Source of the DNA: Bugula neritina
Taxonomy: Eukaryota; Animalia; Bryozoa
DNA: 64,000 bases
Assembly: GCA_964035545.1 (NCBI GenBank)
Contig: OZ037767.1
Coordinates: 18,568,259 to 18,632,258, forward strand
Direction: 5' to 3'
Below, piece after piece: positions 27,384-45,992 of the stretch. Position 1 is the stretch's first letter. Every line of letters begins with the position of its first letter. The notes beneath the pieces are model-generated. The model searched no databases and was not told where the DNA came from. It worked only from the letters and a program-made list of their open reading frames with translations. Made by a program: the position numbers and the translations under genes.

Positions 27384-29094
27384 GAATTTCTTTGTTACAA
27401 ATTTTGAAGGAAGGGCTTGAGTTTGCATTATAAAATGTTGTTACTATAAACATTGCAATTGTTTAGACTATTATATAGAAGCATAAGGAGCTTTTGGCTG
27501 ATACAAGACTATCAAATAAAATAAACTCATACTTCCTTGTAAGGAAATTAACTGTTGTCAAATCAAAAGGCAAGAGGTGCAACATGAGTATATTATAACT
27601 ACTATTTTATAGTTGCTCATCTCAGCTTTATAAAATAAGCGATTTTCCAACATCTTTTTAATTCTGCTAGTAGTAGAAACGCACATTATAGACATGCTAG
27701 TGTTTAGGTCACCAAACTCTGCAGCTAGTCATACTATATAAACACCACACATATTATGAGAACTTAATTTACATGTTTACCAACATTCCCCTGTCAACTC
27801 TTATGGTAATAAATCTTGTTTTAGACTTTATTAATAGTTTGATGGCAGTAAAAGTAATTTATTTGAAAAACTGATACTAAGATATGTGTACTTCTATAAC
27901 TTGGATGCAAAAATGCTTGCAATTTTATCAGTTAGAAGAGGGCTTTTCTCAATGAAGTCTTAATGCATAACTCATATCTTATATTTAACAGTAAACATTT
28001 GTAGACCTGCATTTGATGCATCAAAACATATTCAGACTTACATCACTAGTAACATTCCACGCAAGCGATGCCTACTATAATTACATTATTGTATTATATG
28101 GAATACATGAAATACGTAATATCAGTAAGCCTATAGTAATACTGTACATTCTATACCGTAGTATTAAGATTAGGGATATGGTAGTTTGGATTAAATTATG
28201 TGCATGCATGATTTTCAAAGCAATAATTATTCTTAAAATGTTTAACATACATTTTGGTAACATACTGTGTTTCATTTTAACAGCTTTGTCAGACTTTTAC
28301 CACAGCACAAAATAAAGATCTCCTTTCAGATGTTTGTTAGTGATAGCTAATAATTTATTTTTTTAATAGCAAATAGATACAATAGTAAATTTATTCTCGG
28401 CAAGTTTTTTTTTAATATAATTATAATCACTTTTTTTAAATAGCATAAAGAATAGCCTAATTGTTTTTAAGTAAAAATATTTTGAATGTTTTAAACTAAA
28501 TATTAGATTAGTAATTTAGCCAATTCTGCAATAGATTGCTTTGCATTAAAGGTGGGCACTAAAAGTAAAAAAAAACATAACATTATTTTTTAATATTTAA
28601 CTTTTTAAAAATTTTAAAATAGCTAAAAAAACTATACTTGAATGAAGTGTTACATACAGTAACATGTATAATAAAATTTATTTACTAGTGGCATTTTGCT
28701 ATATGAGCAACAAAAAAATTTAAAAATTTAATAGTAAATATCCATGAATTAGACAAACTATAGTTGTCTTCTCATGAAGACATTTCATTTCCTTTTTTAT
28801 TATCAACATAATTATGAAAACCCTTTTTATACCGTTCCCCCTTTCATAAATGTTACTACTATTTTTTTACCTTTTAAAAGACTGCAATTTGTAAATACTT
28901 TTTAGAACACTGACATAACATATTATGATACAAATCTATATTTTTCTATTATAGATTTAATTGTAATAATATAATAGTTGCATAACTATATTATGCATGT
29001 ATTATTATACAGTTTTATTACTACTTATTGGATGCCTGCAGCTGATGCTTTTGTGGGGGGGGGGGGGAATTTTGAGAAATGAAAACCCCCTCAA

Positions 29095-29148
29095 AAAGTG
29101 AAAATTCCATCTCTTCCAGGGGGAATTCCCCCAAGTTGGAAACCACTG
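29095..29148 (-). mobile_element. hAT element terminal fragment
   Basis: - strand CAGTGGTTTCCAACTTGGGGGAATTCCCC, a Charlie-like terminus. Confidence 0.55.
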
Positions 29149-30531
29149 ATATAAAAAATATGCCCGTAAAGGACTCAAATAACTGCAACAGGTTAGAGTA
29201 ATGATACAGTTCACTATAATAGGTTCTAACCAACACTTTCCTCCATAAAACCCCCTACTCTTAATTTTATGTGAATTTCAAGTCCACCCCTGCTACACTA
29301 TTACGATACCAAGGGAACATGCTATAGAATTAAGAAAGGACAAACTGTAATCACTATAGTTGTAATGCGCCAAATGTTTTTACAAGATTTAGGGAGAAAT
29401 GCACGTTCCATTCTGTGTTTTACCATTCAGAAAACAGCATAATGGTAAATAGTGTTCATGAAAGACTAGTGTTTGTGAATATAAGTTTTATAACTCATAG
29501 GATCTCTGCCTGTGCAAAGGTGTTTTATACTTGTGTAAAATCTGAGATATAACTATATACGTAATACTACCAGCACTGATTTGGTCAGACTATGCTATTC
29601 TATAATGAAAGCTACCTCCTTATCCAGTTTAGTAGAATTATAGCGCAATATAAGCTCAAATAACAGTTAATTAATCTATTATGTTATAATACTATTCAAA
29701 ACAAGCTCTGTTGATATTTGACACCATATTTAAGCAAGCTAATTGCTTGAGTATAGTGACAAAATGTTATTAGTATTTTGAATTGAACTAATTCTTGGAA
29801 ATATTTAAACTCCTTTGGTTATCAGATAAAGATATATAAATTTACCCATTTCCTACTCCATTGTTAATAAAATTAGTGCCTTGAACTATGTAACTGATAA
29901 AAGCTGTTTTATGATTAGTTAATAAAGCTATTCATATTGATGACTAATGCTCTAATACGATTCCAATAATAGAAACTTCCAATGTTTATGACTCATTCCT
30001 ATATGAGTCATACAATATACAACATGTGATTTATATTAACAAATTAAAGCAAGCAAACTTTATTTACATAATATTTTTGACAAATAATTATATTTGACAA
30101 ATATTTCTATGTGAGTTGTTGTGAGCTTGTAGCCTTGAACAATATAAGCAGCCAAGTTCATTATCACATAGTTCTAAGAATGTCAGCTAATCTTAATTTC
30201 AAGTAGCTGCTATGAAAGATAATAATATAGTAGTTTGAATATGTGTTTCTATCTGGTACTTCAAAACATATTTAAAGTCAGTTAAAATTTCTGAGTCCCT
30301 GTAGATTAGTCCATGACAGTAAAGCATGTTATATTACAATACTTTAGTGTAGCCATATACTGCCATATACTAGCCATATACTGCGCAAAAGGCTTATAAT
30401 AGTTAATGGTTAAAAGCTTCCTGTTACTTAATTTGGAATTTGTTCAAGTTCTAAAGACTTCAATTATAGCTGAGTAAATAAAAATATGCATTAGCATAAA
30501 CACAAAGAATATGAATACAAAAAGTGACTTA

Positions 30532-30874
30532 GCCTAGGGCCACACTGTGCGTATTTTCGCATGCAAAAATTAAAATCACTGGTAGCAAAGGTGTCCACTG
30601 TAGCGTCAGTGATGCGTGATAAATAAAGCTTTCATTTTTAAATCGCACTCGCTTTCAATAAAACGCAATTTACTGGAATATAGCACTAAATAAAGAAATT
30701 GGGCTCGCTGAATAGCTACCAGCCAATTAGGTGACGACGACAGAGACGATTCGCACTTGCGTTGAAAATGCAGAGCGACAAGTGCGAACGTTTTCTCAAC
30801 GCGCACAGTGGACACCTTTGCTACTTGTGATTTCAATTTTCGCATGCGAAAATACGCACCGTGTGGCCCTAGGC
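30532..30874. mobile_element. PIF/Harbinger-type MITE with ~70-bp TIRs
   Basis: gcctagggccacac.gtgcgtattttcgcatgc...gtagcaaaggtgtccactgt mirrored at the right end; TTA TSD. Confidence 0.9.
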
Positions 30875-33874
30875 TTAATGTTGTCAATGCATGTAAACGG
30901 TTTCTAAAATTACAAATTAAACTCTTCGGGTTTTTTCAGTTTTCAATTTTAACTGGAAAGTAAAACTAAGTGAAATTGCATTATGCTATGAGAACAGCTC
31001 ATGATGGGTTAAACGATAAACAATGGTCTACTCTGCATCTATAATACAGTTGAAGATCTTAGACTCAGTTTTAAACCTGTGTCAGGCAAACAATCGGAGA
31101 TGCCAGTGTACCAGAAAGACTTACTTTTCATTGAACTGAAAAAGCCAGGCATGCAATTGGGCCGGGGAATCTTTTAATGATTAAATCAATGTTTTAACTC
31201 TCATGATTGAAGTGTCAACCATAGTACTGCAGTACATTATGTATAATATGCTAGATTTTGCAAGACTGAGCTTCCAGAAACCCTGGTATACAGTTTATAT
31301 TTCACCTGAGAGCTGACATTGTTTACTGCTCACCACTAAAACCAGTTGAATGGTGTTGTATCAATTGAAATCTTTTAATGAAAACCAAATGACAAAAAAT
31401 GTTTCTTTCACCATGAGTGTTTATGTTTATAACTTGTGTGCTACAATCTAAAGTTCATAGTATCTTAAGTTGACATAATATTATGTTTTTGTTTCTCTGC
31501 TGGTAAAACAAAAATTATTTACATTATAATATAAGAAATAATGCTTAGGCTGTGTACCTATACACGTGAATACTAGATGGGAGGGTTTGATATTTAAGGA
31601 TGTCTTGAAGAAGCTTTTCTTGTGATAAACACTTGAAAGCTTCAATCATAAGCTCATGCAATATAACAGCACTTGTATACTCTGTTATAAAACTGCTTGT
31701 ATTTAATTGATGCTTTTCTTTTAATAAGGAACTTTTGGTAAAATGTTTAATTGGGAAAACCTCATTTAGGTGTGCATGAATAAAACGGTCATTATCGTAG
31801 AAATCAAAACTGCCTTTTTTTTCTGCATATACGGTATGTGAAAGTTAAAAATCCATGCGTTATAGTAAACCAATGATAACATAAAACACATACACGTACA
31901 ATAGCATTTTGTAATAAAATGATGAAAAGTTTTCCAGATAGAAAATAATTTCTGAATGTTATAACAGTGACTCATAAGTTTTTTTTATGGATCTCTTTTT
32001 ATTTGCTATGCAATTACATAATATGTAAATATAGACAGTACTTGCATATTTATAGTGTATATAATGTTTCCTTTATCTAGTATTGTACTATCATATTATA
32101 TTCCATATCATATGTCTATAAGTATTTACTTAAACATAACTGTGGTTTATAGTTATACAAGTAATATGCTTTTGTAAACACTTTGTAGTTGAAGATTTCC
32201 TGCTGTAATTTTATAATCAAAAGACAAAGTCTATGTGCTATATAATACATCTGTCAGGATTCCCATCTACTGTGTACAGTTTAGCAAATATAATATAATA
32301 TAATATAACGTGACAGTGTGTGAGCTGTACGGTGTAAACTAAAATGTATATAGCAATAACGTTATGCATTAGACACCTGTTTTATCTCACCGTAGCTGCC
32401 TATTCCATACAATAAAAAATAAAGCTAACTACATGATTATTCGGGACTATTTTTATTATTGTAAACCAAACTAATTTTAGTCATATATATTCAAAGTTTT
32501 AAGAACTAAAAGCCTGCTATCCGAACAGGACAAAGCGGAGATAGGTGAGGATTTCAAAAGCTAAAAGCTTGAATTAAACAAACTTTCACTGTTTCATTTA
32601 AAAAGAAGCTGATTGTGGAATTGTTTCAACTTGGTCATAGAATTGTTTGACCTGGTCAATGGAAAGCGTTAGTTCCTGGATAAAATACGTTGCTCATTCT
32701 TCCTGATCTTTTAATCAGCTAATGCATTAGCCTTATATATAATACTTCAGCTAGCTTATAGGGAGAACTCTTATTTCATCAACTTCTCCTGTCAACTGGC
32801 CAATGGCAATTGTCCTAATGAACTTCACTATACACATAACCTTCAGTCAAAAATGAAGACAATCTATTTATAAATTGGCATACTGCCAGCTGTATGATGT
32901 ATATTAACTTTATGACTGCATGAGCATAGAAATGACTGGAAAATCACATTATTGTATATTACTAGTGTACCATTCGGTTGTAGATTTCTGCATATCACTA
33001 AACTATAATTTTGATAACTGAACATAAATGGACTGCTGAACATTATGAAAGAAAAGGACAATATGATAGCGATATCATATGATAGTGGATTACTGTTAGA
33101 CCTTGTGATGTATTTTAGCTTTCTACAGGCAGAGGATAAAAAATTTATGTTACATAGTTATACAGATGTAGCATAACTTGACTGACGAACCACATACAGT
33201 ATCTTGTTCCACTGCGTATTAAAACAAGCTCCCTATATGATTTAGGTATATATTTATTTTATTGAAGAAAAACTTCACACTCAATAAAAATGTTAATAAG
33301 TCATCTAAATATAAATAGTTCTAAAAAGGAAATAACTTGAAGAAATAAGCTTTAACCAATTACAGCACTTATAGTTCAGAAAAAATGAGGTTGAGTTTTA
33401 TTGGGTGTTGGCCTGGAATACAGTGGGTGAAGATTTACTGCAAACACTGTTAATTGGTTTAATGCTGTAAAGAGTTAAACCCTACTGTTGGCATAGTATT
33501 TTACCATCCTACAATATGTACATAAAATTAATATCAATATATTGATGAAACTTAATTAAAAACTCTATGATTTTACCACAAAAGTGCCATTCATTAAAAT
33601 ATTTTAAAAATAGAAAACAGTCAAAAGATTTCTACCGGTATTTGAAGCATAAAATATATTCAATAGTCTTGTGCCCTCTGAAATACATTACATATATTAA
33701 GTTGTTTATTCTAGCAATTAGATTTCGAAATTGCATAGATCTATATGCTGTATATTATATGTGTATAAAATATGAGCTAGTATTACATCATAAATTTAAG
33801 TTAAGACGGGCACGTGCAATCAACTGTCAGCCTTTATGTAACTCCATTGCTGCCAAGTGGTAAAACTGCATCAG

Positions 33875-36566
33875 CTAAGTTTCTTGTTTCTTGTTCAGAA
33901 AGTTCTGATTTTCTTCGTCTGGCAGCAGCAACTTGTGCTGACTTTGATCAGACGGAAAGACTATGCTGCCACTGAGATCTTTGGAACTGACATCTGACAT
34001 TTCTGTGTAGACATCTGCCAAACAGTCAGTCATCATGTATATGAGTGTCTTATATACATACCCTACAGTCTACATTATTATGGCTACGTGTGTGTCATTT
34101 TGCTTGCTTTCCATAACAATGCCTTTTCCTACTTGCGTACATACGCACTTACAGTCAGTAATTTTAGCTTTAGCTAGTATATATTTATATACCCAGTATG
34201 TTGTTTGGCACCAAAACCAGCTTGCTTATAAAATAATATGTGGAGTTTGAACTTCAACAGTTGGTCTGTTATGTATATTCATGCGTTAGAGGTGGTGACA
34301 GAGTCTAAACCTAGTCAATAGGTCAGGGAGTAAAAGCTATAAGTAAGCTATTAAAATTTCATTATGCAAAATTTCAACTTTATACTTCTGACTAAAAATA
34401 TATTTTAATAATATATTTATATGAACTCCATTTCAGCGAAATGTATAAATAAACAGTATGATTGCATAGGCATTCTAAATGTATAGATCGAGTTTCCATT
34501 TCCTTTACATATATTATTTAACATACTATATCTTATAGTTCAAAGGGACATTTTTCGTAGTTGTATAGTTATGCATTACATTATATAGTCAAGCTTTTGC
34601 TGCATGTCATAATTAAGAATTAATAACTATTTGCAAACGGAAAATCAACTTGAGTAATAAACATGTCAGAAATTTGTCGTTTACTGCCTTAGAAATTTTC
34701 TGATTTAAATTCGTAGCTTAGGCAAGCAACCTTGTTTTATTTCATAAATCAAATTTTGTAATAAAAGATGCCTAACTTTTCTGTAATCATTGAAAAACTT
34801 CATTTCCAATTGTTCTTTTCTATTTTCTTTATTGGCTGCATACTCACCGCAGCCAATTTAGATTTTCATTTTGATTAAATTTTAAAATAAATATGTTTTT
34901 ACTTACGCATTTCTGTAACTGGGTGTGAATATAGCCATTTCTTATCAACATGCAAATCAGGAACTAAAAATTAAAAATATTGATGTTGGTGAGCCACTCT
35001 TCTAGTTTATTGTATTAACTTTTAAATTTTGGTTAACTCTGTACTACAGTTGCTTTAGGTAGTCTCTATCAAATATTATTATATAACATGATTTTAAAAT
35101 AAAGATGAATACAGCAAGACAAGCTTTTATAATTGCATGACATTTTATAGCTTTAGAAGTACTTGATTTGCTTTTAGTGCCAACCTTATACTAATTTTCA
35201 CCACCAATGAACTGAAACTTCATTGATGGGGGTTATAGTTCAATGCTCACCAAAATATGGTAGGTTTCGGTTATTGCTTTTCTCTGAACTAAAATATTTT
35301 TCTTTTTTTCTGTGCACCAAGCAAACAGATATTATAATAATCAATGTCACAGCCATTATTCCTAAAAGAAAACCTATAATCCATAATGGCTGGAAGAGTG
35401 TGAAGGGTTGAACTTCTAGAGTACCATAAGCTAACTCTACTGTTGTATGTCTTCCAATCAGTTGGGCTGTAGCAGTTGTTGTTGGAGTTGCAAACTCACA
35501 ATCTTCCTCGTAGTATTCTGCAAGAGATGTATAATATTTGAGTTAAAGTAAATTTTCAATTGTTTCCATGCAGTTGCTTTGGTGACTTTGTGGACAACTT
35601 TTTGCAACACTCAAATGCATCGTTACAGCCATTATTTTTGTAAACCTTCATTCAGTTAAAAAGCGCCTGGCACATTCATAGATAGTCTATTAAATAGTTC
35701 CCATATATCTTGGCTCTATCAGCTCAAATAGCTTTTAGCGTAGTGTGCCCAAGTATATTGATTTTATAGAGTCCTTTGAAGATGCACCTCTTGAGTTGCT
35801 TCAAAATAATGGTGCACTTGCATGCCATGATGACAGTTTGTTGAGCTGATATTAGTTGTTTCTAACTTTGATTATAGGCCTACTAATATCTATATTTACT
35901 TTATCATAAGATAATAAAATTCTATGAAAACTATACGGCAATGATATAGATATAGGTTGCAAGTTTTCATCACTTTAACTACAAACCTCCTCATAAAGTT
36001 ACACATTTCCCGCTTGTTAGCTTTTCTCAAGAGTTGCATGGTAAACTAACTCACTTTCATTTTGAGAAATAATCGTTTCCCAGATCGTAGCAATTTAAAT
36101 GAAGTGGTTAGAGCATTAGGTAATGGGTTCAAACTTTTGCAGCAGTATTGATGATGCCCCAAAAGCATTCTACTACAATTGCTCACAGTAACTAAGTTAT
36201 AATTTGCTGTTTTAAAACTCTATAGCACCAATATTTCTCGTGGATGCGTCATAGCAGTTGAGATTTAAACTAAAAGAAAGGTTACATGTTAGAAAGATGT
36301 CTATAACCGAAACACCTACCTCTACAGAACTCCTTACACTTAGCCTCTGATCTGGAGCCAGACTTCACAGAGTTGCAGACACTGCTGCAGCTTCTGTATT
36401 GGAGAAAACCCTCTAGAAAGAAACACCCTCTGCTTGAGAAATAAGTCACAGTTTGGCAATCTTCATAGGTGAGAGTAGAAAAATGACCTTTGCACTGTAG
36501 CAGTGTGCTTTCTGAAAAACTTGCTGCATGAAGAATCAGTACAAAAATAAGATATATTAAAGCCAT
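33875..36566 (-). CDS. Grindelwald/TACI-like TNF receptor superfamily member (236 aa, type I membrane protein)
   Basis: Exons 36566-36320, 35517-35251, 34963-34907, 34014-33875, all joined by phase-1 introns. Signal peptide MALIYLIFVLILHAASFS; single Cys-rich domain ending CSSVCN...CKEFCREYYEEDC; Thr-rich stalk; TM LWIIGFLLGIMAVTLIIIISVCLV followed by HRKK; ~85-aa tail without a death domain. Gene structure is solid; family call is by motif recognition. Confidence 0.78.
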
Positions 36567-36913
36567 GCTGATTATAGACGTAGAACTGCTGCGTAGCTCA
36601 GATTCTCAATAAATGAACTACTATAATATTATTTTACTGATAATGACATGAAGTGAAACTAATGCATTGTGCATGGAAAACCTATGAGTATATTGACGTT
36701 GGCTATCAGCCAAATCAATAGTGTATGGTGTATAGTGTATACATGAACAAACGCACACACCCTAGCGCTCAAGCGCATGTGGGTGTGCTAGACCTTACAC
36801 CGTGACAGCACAAACAAAATGGCACCGCTGTTATGTTTTGTCAACAGGCGTTCACACACTGATGAAAAATACACCACATGACGTTAAGCTGTGACCAATC
36901 ATAATAAGGCTAA

Positions 36914-37191
36914 CCCCCTATTCACACTACCGTAACAGCCATTTTTAATGTGTCCAGACTGAAGTTTTCAAAGTCCGCTATTAGGTACAATCTATGACAC
37001 TTCATTGGACAATTATATCCAATGAATTAAAGCAAAAGTTTTTCTGCCCAATAGGAGTCCGCCGCAACTTATTTGAATCAAGCAGTGCTTGATCCTACCG
37101 TACCGCAACACTGTACAGGAAGCTCAGACATTTGTCAAAATGGCTGATATCTGCTGTTACGGCGTACGATACGGTAAGTGTGAATAGGGGG
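36914..37191. mobile_element. PIF/Harbinger-type MITE nested in another repeat
   Basis: TIRs CCCCCTATTCACACT / AGTGTGAATAGGGGG; TAA TSD; the matching empty site is visible at ~57245-57290. Confidence 0.88.
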
Positions 37192-37770
37192 TAATTCTTG
37201 TCTGCGGTGACTCTATAGCGTTTTGATCATTACTTATTATATTACACATTACCTATTGTCTAAACTTTTGCTCAATCTATTCAAATCATTGCTTGCTGGC
37301 ACAGGACAATTTATCACCATTCACTCATATACTCATTTAGCTACTCACTTAGCCACAGCTTTTTTAAGCCACAGATAGCTTTGTATTCACTATTGCAATT
37401 ACCAATGAACTTTGTGACCACAATATATAGCTGTCAGCTTTTTATAGCTTATAGCCAGAGACCGGAGCTGAGTTGTTTTATGCTTTCATGCCAGTCTGAT
37501 GCTTTTCTCCACTGACTGTGTTATAGCTCTCACTGGTCATTTTTTGTTCTGTGCGTGATACATGTAGATATTTAACCTTTAACTATTACAACCTTATATA
37601 TTTGGTTCTAACTCTCCCCAGGAAGGGTGATAGAGGTATGTTGAACATTGTTATGCAACAATTTTGTAATGTTTTATGTTTTTTTTTCTTGTCATCAATG
37701 TCTTTATTATCAAATTGTATTGTAGTTAAATCATAGCGCAATATAATAATAAAAATATCTGTTTTAATTT

Positions 37771-40712
<2,942 letters not shown>

Positions 40713-41886
40713 GCTGCTTCTAGTAGGTGCTGTAGGAAAGCAAAACACACAATTCAGGTTCAGCGATCAATATTGTGCCACACTGCAGTCTTTTCACAAT
40801 GTAGAAGTTCCTGCTTTGAGTTGGCAATAACTTGAAAACATGAATTTGAAAACAGTTCATATGAATGTTGTATTGTTTAATTTGGATCAATATTATTGTA
40901 AAAAAACCGGTTGTTGTTTATTTTGGATATCCTTTGGCACATATAACTAAAACAGTTGTTGGCTGATCTACAATAAGCTATATTTATGCAGGTCATCCCA
41001 TATACATGTATATCATATAAATACATATAATGTCTATCAACACAGAATTTTATTCTCATAAGCATATAGCAACATACCACAAATTAAATAAAATTGATTG
41101 CAATTTCTTTAGTTTGGTTTATTATCAAAAAGGAAATACTTAGATGAAACTTAGGAAAGAGAACTGAACCAATTTGCAAAGCTTGATATCAAATTTCTAG
41201 ATAAAACTCAAACAGATAAAAAATTTGTATAAACTATTTATATAAGAATCAAATAAAAAAGCTGAAAGTTTACACCCTACAGTTTATTGTTTACATTCTA
41301 TTGAATGCTGGCTTTTACATCATTTGATGACATATTGGCAGCTTGCAAGCATTAACATAAACCTGGGAATGACTATCAATTGACAAAATTGTTAGGAATT
41401 GGAAACCCTCACCTTTTACTTGCTGACTTTTTTGTATCTTGGCAGCACCTTTGTTTGCTATAGCTGACGATCAATTGAACATTTCGTAGGCAGCTGACTT
41501 TAGAGTGTCCAAGCTTTCAAGTGTCGACATTAATTAAAAGCTGCATCAAAGAAAATTCAATTTGCACCCTGGAAAACATAACAGCTTTGTTTCCAAACCT
41601 AGTTATGACAAAGCTGTGTACAATTAGTAGAGCAAGTAGCAATAATATGCAGAAGTGTAGCTGCTCTACTAGCCTGGCTACACTGCAGATGTGAGAGCTG
41701 AGTATGTTTCCATTGATTAATGGAGGTTTATTGTACTTGGCATATTGAATATCTCCACTCAAGTGTAACTTCATTGTGAAAGGCTCAATAAACTTGCTAT
41801 ATCTTTCATATCTTTGGTGTAATTACATATTATGAAATTTTAATATAAGCTTTAGTGAATGAAACTTGAACGCTTATGCCTCGTGG

Positions 41887-43226
<1,340 letters not shown>

Positions 43227-44535
43227 GTTTTACGCAAGCTACACTAGTTCCACTTCACACGTTTAATCTATTCATATAGTTAAACAAAGCTGTTCACAGG
43301 TCAACAGCTGCATCTCTTATGCATTTTGGCTACTTCCACTTTTTTAGATTTAGATAATTAATTTTATTCAAGAAACTTGTAAGTATTTGCTTAAACCAAA
43401 TATGATGTTTAGGCCCTATACATTCTTTATAGCCGTTGAGCAGTGAAGATTGTATAAATTTTGCAATAACTAATAATTGCTATTAAATTGTATAAATTTA
43501 TAATTTGGCTATGGACTGAGAAGTGAATGTTAGCCATTGAGCAGGAAATAGAGACTAGCTATATAAAAGTTGTTAGAAATCACGAAAACACTTTCCTCCC
43601 TGTTGTGTAATTATTCAGTGCATCTGCTTGCAAGCCGGAGGTTTGTAGTTCGGATCCAGTAGGGGCAATTATTTTACAGAAGTAGATGTTAGTTAACAAA
43701 CCCTAGTAAATAGTGACACAAGCTTTTTTAAAAATAATGATGGCAATCAACTCGCTTTCATCATAAGTATGGCCATATTTTTATCTTTGTGATTTATTAA
43801 ATATATTTATACCACAAGCTTACAAAAGCTAAAAGCTTTTATAAGAGTCTTCCACCTAACAACCTTACAGATTTCCCTTTGAGCAGTCTCCTGTTTATTT
43901 TGCAAACTTTTACTTTATCTAATTTACTTATGCTTGAAGCTTTTAAAGTTGTTTGTTTGCAAATGCAATACGTTGTATATTGTATAGTATAGTAAAAGAA
44001 TGAAGCCCTTAGAAAATAGCTACAAAATGTTATGCTCAAATGTGCAAACAAGAATAAATTGATCATAATAAAATGTAATTTAGTTGACATAATATAATGT
44101 TAATTATTATAATACAACTTATCAAGTACAAATATGTATGATGCAATATAATTTAGTGCCTTATATTATAAAATAGTGTTTGTAAGTTAGTTGATTGTAC
44201 TCAGCTGCCATGTAATATAACATACTATGAATCAATATTATAGGATATAGCATAGTGGAATGTAAAGCAATAAATAAAATAGTAAAATGATGAAATATGA
44301 GATGATACATGATACCATAGTGTATTATTATATAACACATGTGATATAAAATAATATATTATATTCAAAAGATAACTAAGGGTAACATAATATAGTATAT
44401 AGCGTGGTAAAATAAATAAAATTTAATGCACTAAAATACAATTCAAATTAATACTAAAAGAAATTATTTAGTGCACATTGCAATATCAGTAAACAACTAA
44501 TATGAAATATTAATATGTGAAATGATGGTACATGG

Positions 44536-44851
44536 CAGGTTGTCCAACAGGTGACCCCAGGGCCGGATGTGGCCCCCAGCCTATATTTTTAAGTGACCCT
44601 AAAAGACATAAAACTGAAATTATTTTACAAAGTATAAACGAATTGGAGTAAAAAAACCACCTTTTAAATGTCCTAATTCTACACATGCTATACAAATCAT
44701 GCAACCTGCATTAGCTGTTGGGACTTTACTGTGTTATGATTCATATACAAATTTGGAATTAGCACAAGCTAAAGTAATCAATGTGGCCTTTGCCACAACT
44801 ATTTCCCTTCAGTGCATATGGCTCTCGCTCTGAAAAAGTCAAACACTCCTA
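44536..44851. mobile_element. Degenerate hAT MITE
   Basis: caggttgtccaac...ggccggatgtggccccc left end and gaaaaagtcaaacactcct right end resemble 8753-8991. Confidence 0.6.
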
Positions 44852-45108
44852 GTACAGGCTACATTGATTTAGTTTGAATATGAGGATGTCTGGCAATTTA
44901 AACTTTTACCATTGAATTGATGCCAATTTGCATCAAACCTTTGTACTTACATATAGGCAAAGTATGTTAGAAAAGTCAATTCATTTCTAATCTAATACAA
45001 TAACTGAAAATACAATAATGATTAAAGCTTAGCTGTGCAGCAGCTGCCTGTGATAGCCTGCAGTTCAAAAACTTGGCATGTTACCAAGTAACATCTTTGA
45101 AGGCTAGA

Positions 45109-45118
45109 GGAGAATCCC
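45109..45118 (+). promoter_or_regulatory. NF-kB-like site upstream of TNF copy 1
   Basis: GGAGAATCCC; reverse complement GGGATTCTCC fits GGGRNWYYCC; lies in a block conserved with copy 2. Confidence 0.5.
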
Positions 45119-45605
45119 TTAAAGTGGGTTGAGTTCCACTTCATAAAACCTAGTCTTAGGCAGACAGTTGAAGTTCCTGGTCGCTAAAACACAATTTGCA
45201 AGAGTTAGAAGCTGCTAATAAGTCACATAGCTTTTGTTGCGACTAGATAACGAAATAGAGAGACTTAGGTTTTGCAGGCTCAGTCTGTTGAAAGTAAACC
45301 AGCATGGGGGACTGCAAGCCACTGCTAAAACATGATCTGAATGTCCATGTGCAAGAGAAAAACATAAAGGAAGAAGATGAACCTAACAGGATGTCTCATT
45401 GGGGTTCTGAGAGTCGGTTGCTAGTTGCTATGGCAACTGTAGTAATAATTCTGCTGTTTACTACTGTCTAGTGATGACAGTGAACATAATCTGGAATGAC
45501 GTTAATGAGCTGAAGACCGAGCTTGCAGACCTGAAACGGGAATGTAGTGATAGTTTGGCAAAGGTACTGGTCTTATAGATAGTATACAAATATATATGTA
45601 ATGTA

Positions 45606-45992
<387 letters not shown>

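Noticed and set aside
32750-32870. Possible extra receptor-tail exon (YVYSEV resembles HVYTEM)
   Set aside because: Very short, lies downstream of the receptor stop, no supporting exon chain
43605-43670. tRNA or tRNA-derived SINE (GTTCGGATCC B-box-like)
   Set aside because: No cloverleaf or clear A-box; at most a decayed repeat fragment
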